A DNA stretch of 64,000 nucleotides from an uncultured Solirubrobacterales bacterium. Lineage in GTDB: Bacteria > Actinomycetota > Thermoleophilia > Solirubrobacterales > 70-9. Of this stretch, positions 17,672-27,944 are shown piece after piece; within the stretch, counting starts at the first letter, position 1; every line of letters begins with the position of its first letter. Where the stretch lies: NCBI GenBank assembly GCA_963748075.1, contig CAVVHQ010000044.1, positions 14,631 to 78,630 on the forward strand, in the 5' to 3' direction. A program made the translations under genes and the position numbers. The notes beneath the pieces were generated by a model that was given only the letters and a program-made list of their open reading frames with translations, was not told the DNA's origin and made no database searches.

Positions 17672-18553
17672 TCAAAGCTCCGGCACGTCGGCGCCGTGGG
17701 GGGTGAAGGGCAGCCGACGCACCTCGGCCCAGCCGGCACAGCGGCGCTCCAGCTCCTCGCTGACCTTGCCGGCGTCCTGCCAGGTGGTCCAGACGAGAAC
17801 CGTGGGGCCGGCGCCGGAGATCGTCGCCCCGAGCGCGCCCAGCTCCGAGGCGGCGTCGACCAACTCCATCGAGCGCGGGTAGAGATCGCGGCGGCGGGGC
17901 TGGTGGATCCGGTCGGCGAGCCCGCGGGCGATCAGGCCGAGGTCGGCGCGCTGCAGGCCGAGCACGAGCTGGGAGGCGGCGGCGAGGTTGGCGACCGCGT
18001 CGGATAGGGGGATGGCGTCGGGAATCGCTTCCCGCGCCCGCTCGGTCGAGACCTCCTCGGCCGGGATGGCGACCACGCCCTCGAGCCCGTCGGGCGGCTC
18101 GGAGCGGGCGGCGGTCGGGACGGCGGAGCCGTCGCGGCCGCAGATCACGAAGCCACCGTAGATCGCCGCGGCGACGTTGTCGGGGTGACCCTCCAGCTCC
18201 GTTGCCCGCGCCAGCATCTCCTCCCTGGACAGGGCCAGCTCGTAAAGGTGGTCGGCGGCGAAGAGGCCGGCGACGATCGCCGCCGCGCTGGAGCCGAGCC
18301 CGCGGGCGAGCGGGATCCCGCCCCCGAGCCGGAAGGCGATCCCGTCCGCCGGGTGGAGGCTCTCGAAGGCACGCACGATCAGGTTGTCGCGCCCGGTCGG
18401 CACCGCCATCCCGCCCGGCTCGAGCGAGAACCGCCCCGTCTCCTCGACCTCCAGCTCGAGGAACATCGACAGCGCCGCGGCCATCACGTCGTAGCCGGGC
18501 CCGAGGTTGGCCGAGGAGGCGGGAACGCGAACCAACCGGCGGCGTACGGTCAC
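17672..18553 (-). CDS. thrB: Homoserine kinase
   Basis: 293 aa with GHMP kinase motifs [13 protein letters not shown] and [12 protein letters not shown]. Confidence 0.9.
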   Translation of the reverse strand: MTVRRRLVRVPASSANLGPGYDVMAAALSMFLELEVEETGRFSLEPGGMAVPTGRDNLIVRAFESLHPADGIAFRLGGGIPLARGLGSSAAAIVAGLFAADHLYELALSREEMLARATELEGHPDNVAAAIYGGFVICGRDGSAVPTAARSEPPDGLEGVVAIPAEEVSTERAREAIPDAIPLSDAVANLAAASQLVLGLQRADLGLIARGLADRIHQPRRRDLYPRSMELVDAASELGALGATISGAGPTVLVWTTWQDAGKVSEELERRCAGWAEVRRLPFTPHGADVPEL

Positions 18554-19581
18554 GCGAACACCGCGCGCTCGACGGCGCTCAGGTCGTTCTCGCAGTTGAC
18601 GACCGGCGGGGCTTTGGAGAGGGCGGTGTCGGGGTCCTTGAGGCCGTGGCCGGTGAGCACGCAGACGACCGACTCGGGCGGCGCGGCGCCCTCGGACCCG
18701 GGCAGGCCGTGGGCAAGCAGGCCGGCGACCGAGGCGGCCGAGGCCGGCTCGCAGAAGACCCCCTCGCCGGCGGCCAGCCAGCGGTAGGCGTCGAGGATCT
18801 GCTCGTCGGAGACCGCGGCGACGCGGCCCCGGGAGGCGGTGAAGGCGGCCATCGCCTCCTCCCAGCGGGCCGGGTTGCCGATCCGGATCGCCGAGGCGAC
18901 CGTCTCCGGGTGGGCGACCGGGGCGCCCCGCACCAGCGGCGCCGCCCCCTCGGCCTGGAAGCCGTAGAGGACCGGGGCCGTACCCAGCTCCTGGAATCCC
19001 TGCCAGTAGGCGGTCACGTTGCCGGCGTTGCCGACCGGGATCGCCAGCGCGCCGGGCGCCTCGCCGAGCTCGTCGACGACCTCGAAGGCCGCCGTCTTCT
19101 GGCCCTCGATCCGGTACTGGTTGACCGAGTTGACCAGCTCGATCGGGTGCCTCTCGGCCAGCTCGCGCACCAATGTCAGCGCCTCGTCGAAATTGGCCTG
19201 CAGGGCGATCACCCGCGCCCCGTGCATCAGCGCCTGCGCCAGCTTGCCGATCGCGATCTTCCCCTCCGGGACGATCACCGCGCCGCGCAGCCCGGCCCGG
19301 GCCGCGTAGGCGGCGGTGCTGGCCGCCGTGTTGCCGGTCGAGGCACAGATGATCGCCTCCGCCCCGCTCCCCTTCGCCCGCGACACCGCGACGGTCATCC
19401 CCCGGTCCTTGAACGACCCGGTCGGATTGGCCCCCTCGAACTTCAGGTAGGCCCGAACCCCCAGCCGCTCCGACAACCGCGGTGCCTCGATCAACGGAGT
19501 GGATCCCTCGTTGAGGGTGACTACGGGGTCGTCTGCCTCCAGCGGAAGCCGATCGCGGTACCGCTCGATCAGCGGCCTCAA
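18550..19581 (-). CDS. thrC: Threonine synthase
   Basis: The PLP-lysine region is [14 protein letters not shown], with STGNTAAS also present. I placed the start at TTG 19581, which overlaps the hom stop (TTGA). The ORF-track start at 19683 would overlap hom by 100 nt. Confidence 0.85.
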   Translation of the reverse strand: MRPLIERYRDRLPLEADDPVVTLNEGSTPLIEAPRLSERLGVRAYLKFEGANPTGSFKDRGMTVAVSRAKGSGAEAIICASTGNTAASTAAYAARAGLRGAVIVPEGKIAIGKLAQALMHGARVIALQANFDEALTLVRELAERHPIELVNSVNQYRIEGQKTAAFEVVDELGEAPGALAIPVGNAGNVTAYWQGFQELGTAPVLYGFQAEGAAPLVRGAPVAHPETVASAIRIGNPARWEEAMAAFTASRGRVAAVSDEQILDAYRWLAAGEGVFCEPASAASVAGLLAHGLPGSEGAAPPESVVCVLTGHGLKDPDTALSKAPPVVNCENDLSAVERAVFA

Positions 19582-20801
19582 ACGAACTCCTCCTCGATGA
19601 CGCGGATAAAGCGCGGCGCCGAGCGCAGCTCGCGCAGCGCGGCGATCTCCTCGACCGCGCTCGCGAAGCGCGACTCGAGGCACTCGTGGACGACCATCAC
19701 CAGCCGCGCGTCGTCGCCGATCCCGCGCTGCACGACGCTCTTCACCGAGATCTCGTTCTCGCCCAGCACCCGGGCGATGTTGGCGAGCACGCCGGGTTCG
19801 TCCGCGACCTCGAGGTGCAGGTAGAACGACGAGCTGACGTCGGCGACCAGCGGCAACCGCTCGCGGGTCTCGTGGACCGGAACCTCGCCGGCGAGGATCG
19901 AGACGACGTCGCCGAGCACCGCCGCGGCGGTCTCGACCCCGCCGGCGCCGGGGCCGGACATCGTCACCTCGGTGATCGCCGGCGCCTCGACCATCACCGC
20001 GTTGAACGGCCCGCCGACCGGCGAGAGCGGGTGGCCGCCGTAGAGGAAGCAGGGGAAGACGCGGACGCTGATCCCGCCGACGCGGCGCTCGGCGACGCCG
20101 AGCAGCTTCAGCGAGAGGCCGAGCTCCTTGGCGTAGGCGAGGTCGTCGGGCTTGACCTGCTCGATCCCCTCGAAGGCGACCTCGTCGAGGGTGACCGGAG
20201 TGTGGAACGCGAGCCGGGCGAGGATCGCCATCTTCGCCGCCGCGTCGGCGCCGTTGACGTCGTCGGTCGGATCGGCCTCCGCGTAGCCCAGCTCCTGGGC
20301 GCGGGCGAGCACCTCCTCGTAAGCGGCGCCGGTCGCCGCCATCTCGGAGAGAATGAAGTTGGTGGTGCCGTTGACGATGCCGAAGACCTTGTCGATCTCC
20401 ACTGCCCCGAAGCTCTCCTGGATGGTGCGGACGATCGGGATCACTCCCGCCACCGCCGCCTCGAAGCGCAGCTGCACGCCAGCCTCGCGGGCCACACCGA
20501 ACAGCTCCTCGCCGTGCTGGGCGAGCAGCTGCTTGTTGGCGGTGACGACCGACCGCCCCGCCCGCAGCGCGTCGAGCACGTAGCTGCGCGCCGGGTCGGT
20601 GCCGCCGATCAGCTCGACGATCAGCTCCGACTGCTCGAGGATGACACCGAAGTCGCCCTCCGAGCGGGTCAGCGTCCCGGCCAGCTCCGGCCGCCGCCCG
20701 GTCGCCGCCTCGACCGCCCCGGCGCGCTCGGCGAGCAGCGCGGCAAAGGCGCCGCCGACCGTGCCGCGCCCCAGCAGTCCGATGCGGACGGGCTCAGGCA
20801 T
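19578..20801 (-). CDS. hom: Homoserine dehydrogenase
   Basis: It has an NAD-binding N-terminus ([13 protein letters not shown]), a catalytic domain and a C-terminal ACT domain. The ATG at 20801 overlaps the lysA end by 8 nt. Confidence 0.85.
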   Translation of the reverse strand: MPEPVRIGLLGRGTVGGAFAALLAERAGAVEAATGRRPELAGTLTRSEGDFGVILEQSELIVELIGGTDPARSYVLDALRAGRSVVTANKQLLAQHGEELFGVAREAGVQLRFEAAVAGVIPIVRTIQESFGAVEIDKVFGIVNGTTNFILSEMAATGAAYEEVLARAQELGYAEADPTDDVNGADAAAKMAILARLAFHTPVTLDEVAFEGIEQVKPDDLAYAKELGLSLKLLGVAERRVGGISVRVFPCFLYGGHPLSPVGGPFNAVMVEAPAITEVTMSGPGAGGVETAAAVLGDVVSILAGEVPVHETRERLPLVADVSSSFYLHLEVADEPGVLANIARVLGENEISVKSVVQRGIGDDARLVMVVHECLESRFASAVEEIAALRELRSAPRFIRVIEEEFV

Positions 20802-22098
20802 CGCGGGCGGTGAGGTCCTCGTAGGTCTCGCGTCGCACCACGACGCGCGCCTCGCCGTCGCGGCAGAAGACGACCGGTGGGCGCGGCACGCCGTTGTAGT
20901 TGCTGGCCGTCGCGTAGCCATAGGCGCCGGTCGCCGGGGTGACCAGCACGTCGCCGACCGCGGGGGCGGCGAGCATCGCGTCGCGGATCAGCACGTCGCC
21001 CGACTCGCAGTGCATGCCGGCGACCGTCGCCGGGGTGTCGGGGACGGCGCCCGCCCGGTCGGCGATCAGCGCTTCGTAGCGCGAGCCGTAGAGCATCGGC
21101 CGCAGGTTGTCCGACATTCCGCCGTCGACCGCGACGTAGGTGCGCACGCCGGGGATCTCCTTCACCGTGCCGACCCGGTAGGCGGTGACGGCGGCGTTGC
21201 CGACCAGCGAGCGTCCCGGCTCGACCAGGACCCGGACCCCCTCGCCGAACACCTCGGCGACGCCGCGCACCTTGACGTCGACGTAGGCGTCGATCGAGGG
21301 CGGCTCGTCCTCGGCGGTGTAGGCGATGCCGAGCCCACCGCCGACGTTGACGGTCCGGCACCAGTCGCCGGCCAGCCCGCCGATCGCCTCGATCGCCAGC
21401 CGGTAGGGCTCCAGCTCGAAGATCTGCGAGCCGATGTGGGCGTGCAGGCCGACCAGCTCGAGCGCGTCGCTGGCCAGCACCCGCTCGATCGCCCGCGCGG
21501 CCAGGCCGTCCTCGAGGCCGAAGCCGAACTTCGAGTCGAGCTGGCCGGTCTGCACGTAGTCGTGGGTGGAGGGCTTGATCCCCGGGGTGACGCGGATCAG
21601 CACCGGCTGGGGCTCATCGAGCAGCCGCTCGCAGCGCTCGATCTCGTCGAAGGAGTCGAGGATCAGGTGGCCGACCCCGGCTCGCGATGCGAAGAGGATC
21701 TCCTCGTCGCTCTTGTTGTTGCCGTGCATGTGGATCCGCGCAGGGTCGAAGCCGGCGCGCAGCGCCATGTGCAGCTCGCCGCCCGAGGCGACATCGACCG
21801 AGAGCCCCTCCTCGGCGAACAGCCGGTAGGCGGCGGTGCAGGGGAACGCCTTGCTGGCGAACAGCACCTCGAAGTCGTCGGTGCGCCGCTCGAACGCCTC
21901 GCGGTAGGCGCGCGCCCGGCCGCGCATGTCGTCTTCCGCGTAGAGGTAGGCGGGGGTTCCCAGCTCGGCGGCCAGCTCGACCACGTCGCAGCCGCCTATC
22001 TCGAGCCGTCCCAGCTCGTTGACGCGGCTACCGGCCGGGAAGACCGCTGAGCCCGCGATCGGGTCGGCGACCGCACCCGCCTGTCCGCGCTCCGTCAT
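20794..22098 (-). CDS. lysA: Diaminopimelate decarboxylase
   Basis: 434 aa with the PLP-lysine context FASKAFP, plus GGGLGIAY and the CESGD motif. It is first in a lysA-hom-thrC-thrB operon. Confidence 0.9.
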   Translation of the reverse strand: MTERGQAGAVADPIAGSAVFPAGSRVNELGRLEIGGCDVVELAAELGTPAYLYAEDDMRGRARAYREAFERRTDDFEVLFASKAFPCTAAYRLFAEEGLSVDVASGGELHMALRAGFDPARIHMHGNNKSDEEILFASRAGVGHLILDSFDEIERCERLLDEPQPVLIRVTPGIKPSTHDYVQTGQLDSKFGFGLEDGLAARAIERVLASDALELVGLHAHIGSQIFELEPYRLAIEAIGGLAGDWCRTVNVGGGLGIAYTAEDEPPSIDAYVDVKVRGVAEVFGEGVRVLVEPGRSLVGNAAVTAYRVGTVKEIPGVRTYVAVDGGMSDNLRPMLYGSRYEALIADRAGAVPDTPATVAGMHCESGDVLIRDAMLAAPAVGDVLVTPATGAYGYATASNYNGVPRPPVVFCRDGEARVVVRRETYEDLTARDA

Positions 22099-22168
22099 CG
22101 GACCGCATTGTGACTGGAAATCCGCGGGCCACGGTCACTGGCCGCCGCCGAGCAAGCCGCCGACCGCT

Positions 22169-23365
22169 CTACAGGTAGCCCATCGGGTCGGTGGACGCGC
22201 CGTCGACCCGCACCTCGAAATGGACGTGCGGGCCGAAGCAGTGCCCGGTGCAGTCGCTGTAGCCGATCACCTGGCCCTGGGAGACCCCCTGCCCGGGAGA
22301 GACGGCGAACGACGCCTGGTGCGCGTAGCAGGTCGAGAGCCCGCCGCCGTGCTCGATGCAGGTGAAGTTGCCGTAGCCACCGCTGCTCGCCTCCGACTCG
22401 GTGAAGATCACCGTGCCCGCCGCGGCGGCGCGGATCGGCGTGCCGCTCGGCACCGCGATGTCGATCCCCTCGTGGAACTCGCCGCCGCCGAAGCGGGGCC
22501 CGAAGCCGGAGACGACCGGCCCGTCGACCGGCCAGATCAGGCCGCTGCCGTTGCCCCCGCGGATCGGACCGGCGGGGAGCGGGGCCGATCCCGTCCCTGC
22601 CAGCCTCGCGGCGAGCTTGGCCTGGATCGAGGCGACGTCGCCGTCCAGGTTCTGCTCGGTCTCTTCGATCTTCGTCAGCGCCCGCTCGCGACCGCGGCGC
22701 GCCGCGACCAGCTGGGCCTGGCGGCTCTGGACGGCCGCCCTGGCGCTCGCCAGGGCCTGCTCTTCGGCGGCGATCGCGTCGCGGGCGGATTCGATCCTGT
22801 CCTTGGCGGCGCGCAGCCGGGCGACGGTGCGCTTCACCTGGTCGCGCAGCTCGCGCACCCGGCTGACCACCGCTTCGTCGAGCCCGTGGATGCGGTTCAG
22901 GTACTCGGTTCGATTGACCAGCTCCTCGTAGCCGCCGGCCTCGACGATCACGCTGAGCAGGTCGGGGGTGCCGGCCTCGTACATCGCCACCAGCCGCTCG
23001 CGGAGCGCCACCAGCGCCCGCTTGAGCCGCGCCCTGACCACCGCCAGGTGCTTCCTGGCGACGTCGAGCTCGGCGACCGCGCGGTTCAGCTCGGCCTGCT
23101 TGGCTCGCAGCCGAGCCCGCACCGCCACCTCGCGCGAGCGCAGCGCCGCCACCTCGCCGGTCAGCCGTTCGATCCGCTCGCGGTAGCGCGAGATCGTCGT
23201 GGTCAGCACGCCCTTGCGTTGCCGAACCTTCGAGAGCTTCGCTTCCTTCGCGTCGAGCTTCGACTGGAGATCCTTGGCCGGCGCCACGGCGCTGCAAAGC
23301 AGCAGCACGACGAGCGCCGCCACGGCAGCGAGCAGAGCCGCCGGGGCACGGCGAGTCTCAAGCAT
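22169..23365 (-). CDS. M23-family metallopeptidase with an N-terminal coiled coil (EnvC-like)
   Basis: It has a signal/anchor sequence MLETRRAPAALLAAVAALVVLLL and a long coiled coil. The C-terminal LytM domain carries HEGIDIA ... HVHFEV. Confidence 0.8.
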   Translation of the reverse strand: MLETRRAPAALLAAVAALVVLLLCSAVAPAKDLQSKLDAKEAKLSKVRQRKGVLTTTISRYRERIERLTGEVAALRSREVAVRARLRAKQAELNRAVAELDVARKHLAVVRARLKRALVALRERLVAMYEAGTPDLLSVIVEAGGYEELVNRTEYLNRIHGLDEAVVSRVRELRDQVKRTVARLRAAKDRIESARDAIAAEEQALASARAAVQSRQAQLVAARRGRERALTKIEETEQNLDGDVASIQAKLAARLAGTGSAPLPAGPIRGGNGSGLIWPVDGPVVSGFGPRFGGGEFHEGIDIAVPSGTPIRAAAAGTVIFTESEASSGGYGNFTCIEHGGGLSTCYAHQASFAVSPGQGVSQGQVIGYSDCTGHCFGPHVHFEVRVDGASTDPMGYL

Positions 23366-23435
23366 GGCGATGCAGGCTAGCGATGCTTCGGTGCGGTCAC
23401 GAAACAACATCCAGATGCTGCAACCCCGCTTGCGA

Positions 23436-23596
23436 AGGCCACCCCCGGCTTTGCCTGGAAGGTCGCCTCCGATCAAAGCAGCGACGCGGCGGGCTGAGGC
23501 TCCGATTCAGCCGACTGGGACTTTTACCCCCGTTATTGGGGGTCAAAGTCCCAGTCGAGCGCACGGCGATCGGGTTGGAGCCAACCCGGTACGCAC
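23436..23596 (-). mobile_element. Family-B MITE, second copy (one TIR missing or degenerate)
   Basis: By eye there are about 6 mismatches over about 160 nt against the reverse complement of 45872-46038. The right TIR GGAGCCAACCCGGTACGCAC (23577-23596) is retained, and its last base is the first base of the acyl-CoA dehydrogenase stop codon. Confidence 0.8.
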
Positions 23597-24861
23597 TACG
23601 CAGCTACCGGCTCCGGCTTCTCCTTGGTCGCCTCCGCAGCCACTTCGGCGGCGTACCCGAGCCGCTCGCCGTATTCGCGCGCCTGCATGCGGGAGATCAC
23701 CATCCGCTGGATCTCCGCCGTTCCCTCGAACAGCTGGTAGATCTTCGCGTCGCGGAAGAACTTCTCCAGCGGCGACTCGGTGCTCCAGGCGTCGGGGCCG
23801 ACCAGCTCCATCAGCGTCGTCGTCGCCCACATCGTCACGTCGCCGGCCTTCAGCTTCGACATCGAGCCCTGGCCGCCGCGCATCGGGATGCCGTTGCGCC
23901 CCATCCAGGCGGCGCGCTGGACCAGCAGCCGCGCCGCCTCGATCTCGGTCGCGACATCGGCGAGCGTCTGCTGGATGCGCTGCGTCTGCAACAGCGGCGT
24001 GCCGCCCTCGGAGCGGCCGTCGAGGTACTCGAGGGTCCACTCGTAGGCGGCCTGCGCGATGCCGAGCGCCGAGGCGCCGACGATCGGCCTGGTGATCTCG
24101 AAGGTGGCGAGCGCATCGGCGCCGCGCGACTTCTTGCCTTCTCGGCCGCGCTGCAGCTTGCGCTCCAGCTTCTCCTCGCCGCCGAGCAGGTTCTCGGCCG
24201 GGACGCGGCAGTCCTCGAGGATCACCTCAGCGGTGTGGGAGGCACGGATGCCCAGCTTCGACTCCTTCTTGCCCTGACCGAGGCCCGGCGTCCCCTTGGG
24301 GATCACGAAGGACGCCTGGCCGCGGGTGCCCAGGGCCGGGTCGACGGTGGCGACGACGACGTGGACGTCGGCGATGCCGCCGTTGGTGATGAAGACCTTG
24401 GTCCCGTTCAGCACCCACTCGTCGCCGTCGCGCTTCGCGGTCGTCTTCAGGCTCTTCACGTCGGAGCCCGCCTGCGGCTCGGTGACCGCGTAGGCGCCGA
24501 GCTTGACCTCGTCGCCGGTCCCGAAGCACTCGGGGACCCAGCGGGCGATCTGCTCGGGGGTGCCGGAGGACGCGACCCCGGCGGCGGCCAGGCCGGAGCC
24601 GCTGATCGCCAGGGCGATGCCGGCGCAGCCCCAGTGGAACTCTTCGGCGGAGATCACCTGCATCTGGCCATCGGCATCGCTGGCCGAGCGCTGGATCGCC
24701 TCGAGCCCCTGGAAGCCCTGCACCCGCGCCTCTCTTATTACTTCCCAGGGGGTGCTCTCCTCTGCGTCGTGCTTGCGCGCCGCCGGGCGGATCACGTCGC
24801 GGGCGAAGGCCCGGCAACTGTCCTTGAACTCCTGCTGCTCCTCGTTTAGCGCGAAATCCAT
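23596..24861 (-). CDS. Acyl-CoA dehydrogenase
   Basis: 421 aa, MDFALNEEQQEFKDSCRAFARDVIRPAARKHD... The layout matches the ACAD N, middle and C domains. Confidence 0.85.
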   Translation of the reverse strand: MDFALNEEQQEFKDSCRAFARDVIRPAARKHDAEESTPWEVIREARVQGFQGLEAIQRSASDADGQMQVISAEEFHWGCAGIALAISGSGLAAAGVASSGTPEQIARWVPECFGTGDEVKLGAYAVTEPQAGSDVKSLKTTAKRDGDEWVLNGTKVFITNGGIADVHVVVATVDPALGTRGQASFVIPKGTPGLGQGKKESKLGIRASHTAEVILEDCRVPAENLLGGEEKLERKLQRGREGKKSRGADALATFEITRPIVGASALGIAQAAYEWTLEYLDGRSEGGTPLLQTQRIQQTLADVATEIEAARLLVQRAAWMGRNGIPMRGGQGSMSKLKAGDVTMWATTTLMELVGPDAWSTESPLEKFFRDAKIYQLFEGTAEIQRMVISRMQAREYGERLGYAAEVAAEATKEKPEPVAA

Positions 24862-24890
24862 GCGACCCCCTTGCGACGACGCCTTCGTTG

Positions 24891-24911
24891 ATTGACTGGT
24901 CAGTCAACCAG
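24891..24911. promoter_or_regulatory. Operator-like 21-nt motif ATTGACTGGTCAGTCAACCAG (site 1)
   Basis: It contains the dyad TTGACTG-GT-CAGTCAA overlapping GACTGGT-N6-ACCAGTC. It lies about 30 nt upstream of the ACAD start. It matches 37977-37997 at 20 of 21 positions. Confidence 0.55.
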
Positions 24912-24964
24912 TCCTCCACAGCTTAGCTGACCGACCAGCCAGGACTGCGCGGTAGCTTTTCCAC

Positions 24965-26272
24965 GTGGCGGGCGAGCGACCGATCAACGCCGACATGCCG
25001 GTAGCGGGGCCGCGCGAGGCCCCCGCGCCCGCTCCGCGGAAGCCGCGGCGCAGGCCGATCCCGGGCGCGCTGAAGGTGATCGCCGGGCTGTTCGTGCTCG
25101 CCGTCGCCTTCATCGTCGCGGCGATCGTCGGCGGCAACTCGGGGGGCGGCGAACCGACCTCGAGCGCGCCGGCCCCGCCGCCGGCCGAGAGCGGCGGCGG
25201 CGCGCCGGCCGAAACGCCTCCCTCCCGGCCGGCAAGCGAGCTCGGCTACCCGGAGTTCGCGACCGCCAACACGACCAGGGTCGGCGGGAGCGATCCGGCC
25301 TCCAACGCGGCCGCCGCAGCCCTCGCCGCCTACCCGTCGACCGAGCCGGCGCAGCGGCCCGGCGCCGTCGCCCTGGCCGACGCGTCGGACTGGCGCGGCG
25401 CGATCGCCGCCTCCGTGCTGATGGCCCCGCCGCTAGGGGCGCCGCTCCTGGTCTCCGAAGCGGGCGGGTTGCCTGAGGCGAGCGCGCAGGCGCTCGACGC
25501 GCTCGATCCGCAGGGCAGACGGGACACGCGGGGCACCCAGGCGTTCGTCCTAGGAGGGGCGGCGGCGCCCGAAGACGCGAAGACGACCGACGTCGGGGCC
25601 ACGGGCATCGCCGGCGCCGCGGCGATCGCGGCGCTGCGCGACAGGCTGTTCGGCTCGCCGCCGAAGCACGTCGTCGTCGCCCCCGCGGAAGAGCCCGCCT
25701 TCGCGATGCCCGCCGCCGCCTGGGCGGCGCGCTCCGGAGATCCGGTCCTGTTCAGCAACGCCGGGGCGCTGCCCAAGGCGACCGCAGCGGCGTTGAAGCG
25801 CCACCCACACGCGCCCGTCTACGTGCTCGGCCCCTCCACGGCGATCTCCTCGCGGGTGGTCCGCGAAATCGCCAAGCTCGCCGGCAGCGTGCACCGGGTC
25901 GCCGGCGAGGATCCGGTCGCCAACGCGATCGAACTGGCCCGTTACGCAAGGGGCGGCTTCGGCTGGAACGTCAACGACCCGGGCCACGGCTTCGTCGTCG
26001 CGCGCTCCGAGGAGCCGCTCGCCGCGGCCGCGGCCGCGGCGCTCTCGGCCTCCGGCGCCTGGGGGCCGCTGCTGCTCACCGACGACGCCGCTAGGCTTCC
26101 CGGTGCGGTGCGCGGCTACCTGCTCGACGTCAAGCCGGGCTACACCACCGACCCGACGCGCGCCTTCTACAACCACGTCTGGGTGATCGGAGACCAGGAG
26201 GAAATCGAGGTGACCGAGCAGGGCGAAATCGACGAGCTGGCCGCGCTGGCCAAGATCGGAGGGGGACGGTGA
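24965..26272 (+). CDS. Membrane-anchored protein with putative cell-wall-binding (CWB2-like) repeats
   Basis: 435 aa with an N-terminal TM helix and a Pro/Ser/Gly linker. Three repeats follow of the type ...A.A.A.....PLLL....LP..T...L (e.g. APLLVSEAGGLPEASAQAL, DPVLFSNAGALPKATAAAL, GPLLLTDDAARLPGAVRGYL). Confidence 0.5.
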   Translation: MAGERPINADMPVAGPREAPAPAPRKPRRRPIPGALKVIAGLFVLAVAFIVAAIVGGNSGGGEPTSSAPAPPPAESGGGAPAETPPSRPASELGYPEFATANTTRVGGSDPASNAAAAALAAYPSTEPAQRPGAVALADASDWRGAIAASVLMAPPLGAPLLVSEAGGLPEASAQALDALDPQGRRDTRGTQAFVLGGAAAPEDAKTTDVGATGIAGAAAIAALRDRLFGSPPKHVVVAPAEEPAFAMPAAAWAARSGDPVLFSNAGALPKATAAALKRHPHAPVYVLGPSTAISSRVVREIAKLAGSVHRVAGEDPVANAIELARYARGGFGWNVNDPGHGFVVARSEEPLAAAAAAALSASGAWGPLLLTDDAARLPGAVRGYLLDVKPGYTTDPTRAFYNHVWVIGDQEEIEVTEQGEIDELAALAKIGGGR

Positions 26273-26520
26273 GCGAGGCGGAGAGCCCGGCGCTGCTGGG
26301 CGACGCGCACGAGGTGACCGCCGAGGACGTCCGCGCCCTCGCCGGCCCGTCCACCCCTCACTTCGCGCTGCAGGTGCGCAACCGCATCCGGCGGCTGATC
26401 GAGCCGCTTCCGGCCCACCACCCCGCTCGGGTCGAAGGGGAACGGAAGATCGCCGAGCTGGAGGACCTCGCCGAGCACAGCGGCGACCCGCGCGGCACGA
26501 TGGGCATCGGCCAGCGATGA
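26269..26520 (+). CDS. Hypothetical small protein
   Basis: 83 aa. It overlaps both neighbouring genes by 4 nt and has high GC3. Confidence 0.45.
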   Translation: MSEAESPALLGDAHEVTAEDVRALAGPSTPHFALQVRNRIRRLIEPLPAHHPARVEGERKIAELEDLAEHSGDPRGTMGIGQR

Positions 26521-27185
26521 AGGGGCTGGCGCCGGGCGTCTGGCGCCTCAAGGAGCTGCCGACCCCGACGATCAACGTCTACCTCGCCGAGGACGTGCTG
26601 ATCGACGCCGGCCGCCGCTGGGACCGGCGCCGCGTCTTCGCCGAGCTGGAGTGCCGCGAGCTGTCGATGGTCGCGCTGACCCACGTCCATCCCGACCACC
26701 AGGGCGTCGCCAAGGACATCTGCGAGGCGCGCGGCGTCCCGCTCGCCTGCCACGCCGACGACGTCGACGCGATGGAGGGCCGCCGGCCGGTCCAGGAGGC
26801 GCACCGCGGCCATCCCGTCAACCGGGTGATCAAGGCCCTCTGGGAGGGGCCGCCCTACCGGGTCGAGCGGGTGCTGAACGATGGCGACGAAGTCGCCGGC
26901 TTCCGGGTCGTGCACGCGCCGGGCCACGCCCGCGGCGAGGTGATCTTCTTCCGCGAGTCCGACCGGGTGGCGATCTGCGGCGACGTGATCCGCAACATGA
27001 GCTACGCGACCGCGCTGCCGGGGATCAAGGAGCCGCCGAAGATCTTCACCTACGACCCGGCCGAGAACCGCCGCTCGATCCGCAAGCTCGCCGACCTCAA
27101 CCCGACGATCATCCTCCCCGGCCACGGCCCGGCGGTGACCGACATGGCGAAGTTCGAGCGCTTCGTCGCCGCGCTACCCGCCTGA
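26517..27185 (+). CDS. MBL-fold metallo-hydrolase
   Basis: 222 aa with the THVHPDHQG motif (HxHxDH) and downstream His/Asp ligands (HAPGHARGE). Confidence 0.8.
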   Translation: MKGLAPGVWRLKELPTPTINVYLAEDVLIDAGRRWDRRRVFAELECRELSMVALTHVHPDHQGVAKDICEARGVPLACHADDVDAMEGRRPVQEAHRGHPVNRVIKALWEGPPYRVERVLNDGDEVAGFRVVHAPGHARGEVIFFRESDRVAICGDVIRNMSYATALPGIKEPPKIFTYDPAENRRSIRKLADLNPTIILPGHGPAVTDMAKFERFVAALPA

Positions 27186-27857
27186 CGGCGTCACCCGCGG
27201 CTCCCTGACCAGCGTCGCTCCCATTGCCAGCAGCCAGACGATGAAGCCGAGGAAGGCGATCACGCCCAGCGCCCCGTCCGAGGGCGAGAAGGCCCCGGTC
27301 TCGCTGAACGTGCCGACCACCCCGACCACGAACGCGTAGACGGCGACGATCACGCTGTAGACGCAGACCAGGCCCGGAACCGCCTTGGCGCGAATCCCGA
27401 GCGCCCCGGTCGCCGCCGTCAGCACGGTGAGTCCGACGAGGAAGAACAGGTAGCCGAACAGGCTCACGTCCCAGAGGCCGAGGGTGATGTCGGCTCCCAG
27501 CGTCCCGGCGTGATAGCTCGCTGCCGCACCGGCGGCGCTGCCGACCAGGCCGCCGACCGCGACGAGCACGCCGCCGACCAGGGCCACGGCCGAGAGCCGC
27601 GCCGCCGTCTCTGCCCCGCGCAGGCGGTAGAAGACGCTGCCCAGGAACCAGGCGAAGGCGACGATCGCCGCGAATTGGAAGGCGATCGCGGCCTGGATGC
27701 CGCCGTGGTTGTCGAGCACGTAGGACTGCACTTCGGCCGCGCTCTCGTCGAAGCCGGGCGGGCTGCCACTGGGACCGAAGACGAAAGAGAGGATGAGCAG
27801 GACGGCGGCGGCGATCCCCATCGACGCCCCGACCTTCGGCCAGGAATCCTCAGACAT
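27174..27857 (-). CDS. Integral membrane protein (about 6 TM helices), function unknown
   Basis: The start is ATG 27857, preceded by GGAGGTG. Hydrophobic helices run throughout. Confidence 0.6.
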   Translation of the reverse strand: MSEDSWPKVGASMGIAAAVLLILSFVFGPSGSPPGFDESAAEVQSYVLDNHGGIQAAIAFQFAAIVAFAWFLGSVFYRLRGAETAARLSAVALVGGVLVAVGGLVGSAAGAAASYHAGTLGADITLGLWDVSLFGYLFFLVGLTVLTAATGALGIRAKAVPGLVCVYSVIVAVYAFVVGVVGTFSETGAFSPSDGALGVIAFLGFIVWLLAMGATLVREPRVTPSGG

Positions 27858-27944
27858 ATCTACACCTCCAGAGGAGAAGACGGACGAATCGATCCTAACT
27901 CTAGTTGCAATGCGCACGCAACCGCCGGCCGTTACGCTTCAGCC

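Noticed and set aside
23366-23596. A c-di-AMP (ydaO-type) riboswitch upstream of the M23 cell-wall hydrolase gene.
   Set aside because: The region is about 96% identical to a sequence at 45.9 kb that has TIRs and a target duplication. That fits a young MITE, not a riboswitch. The ydaO core motifs (GGGGACCCA, ACCCGAAUCC…CAGCUAACC) are not present in order.
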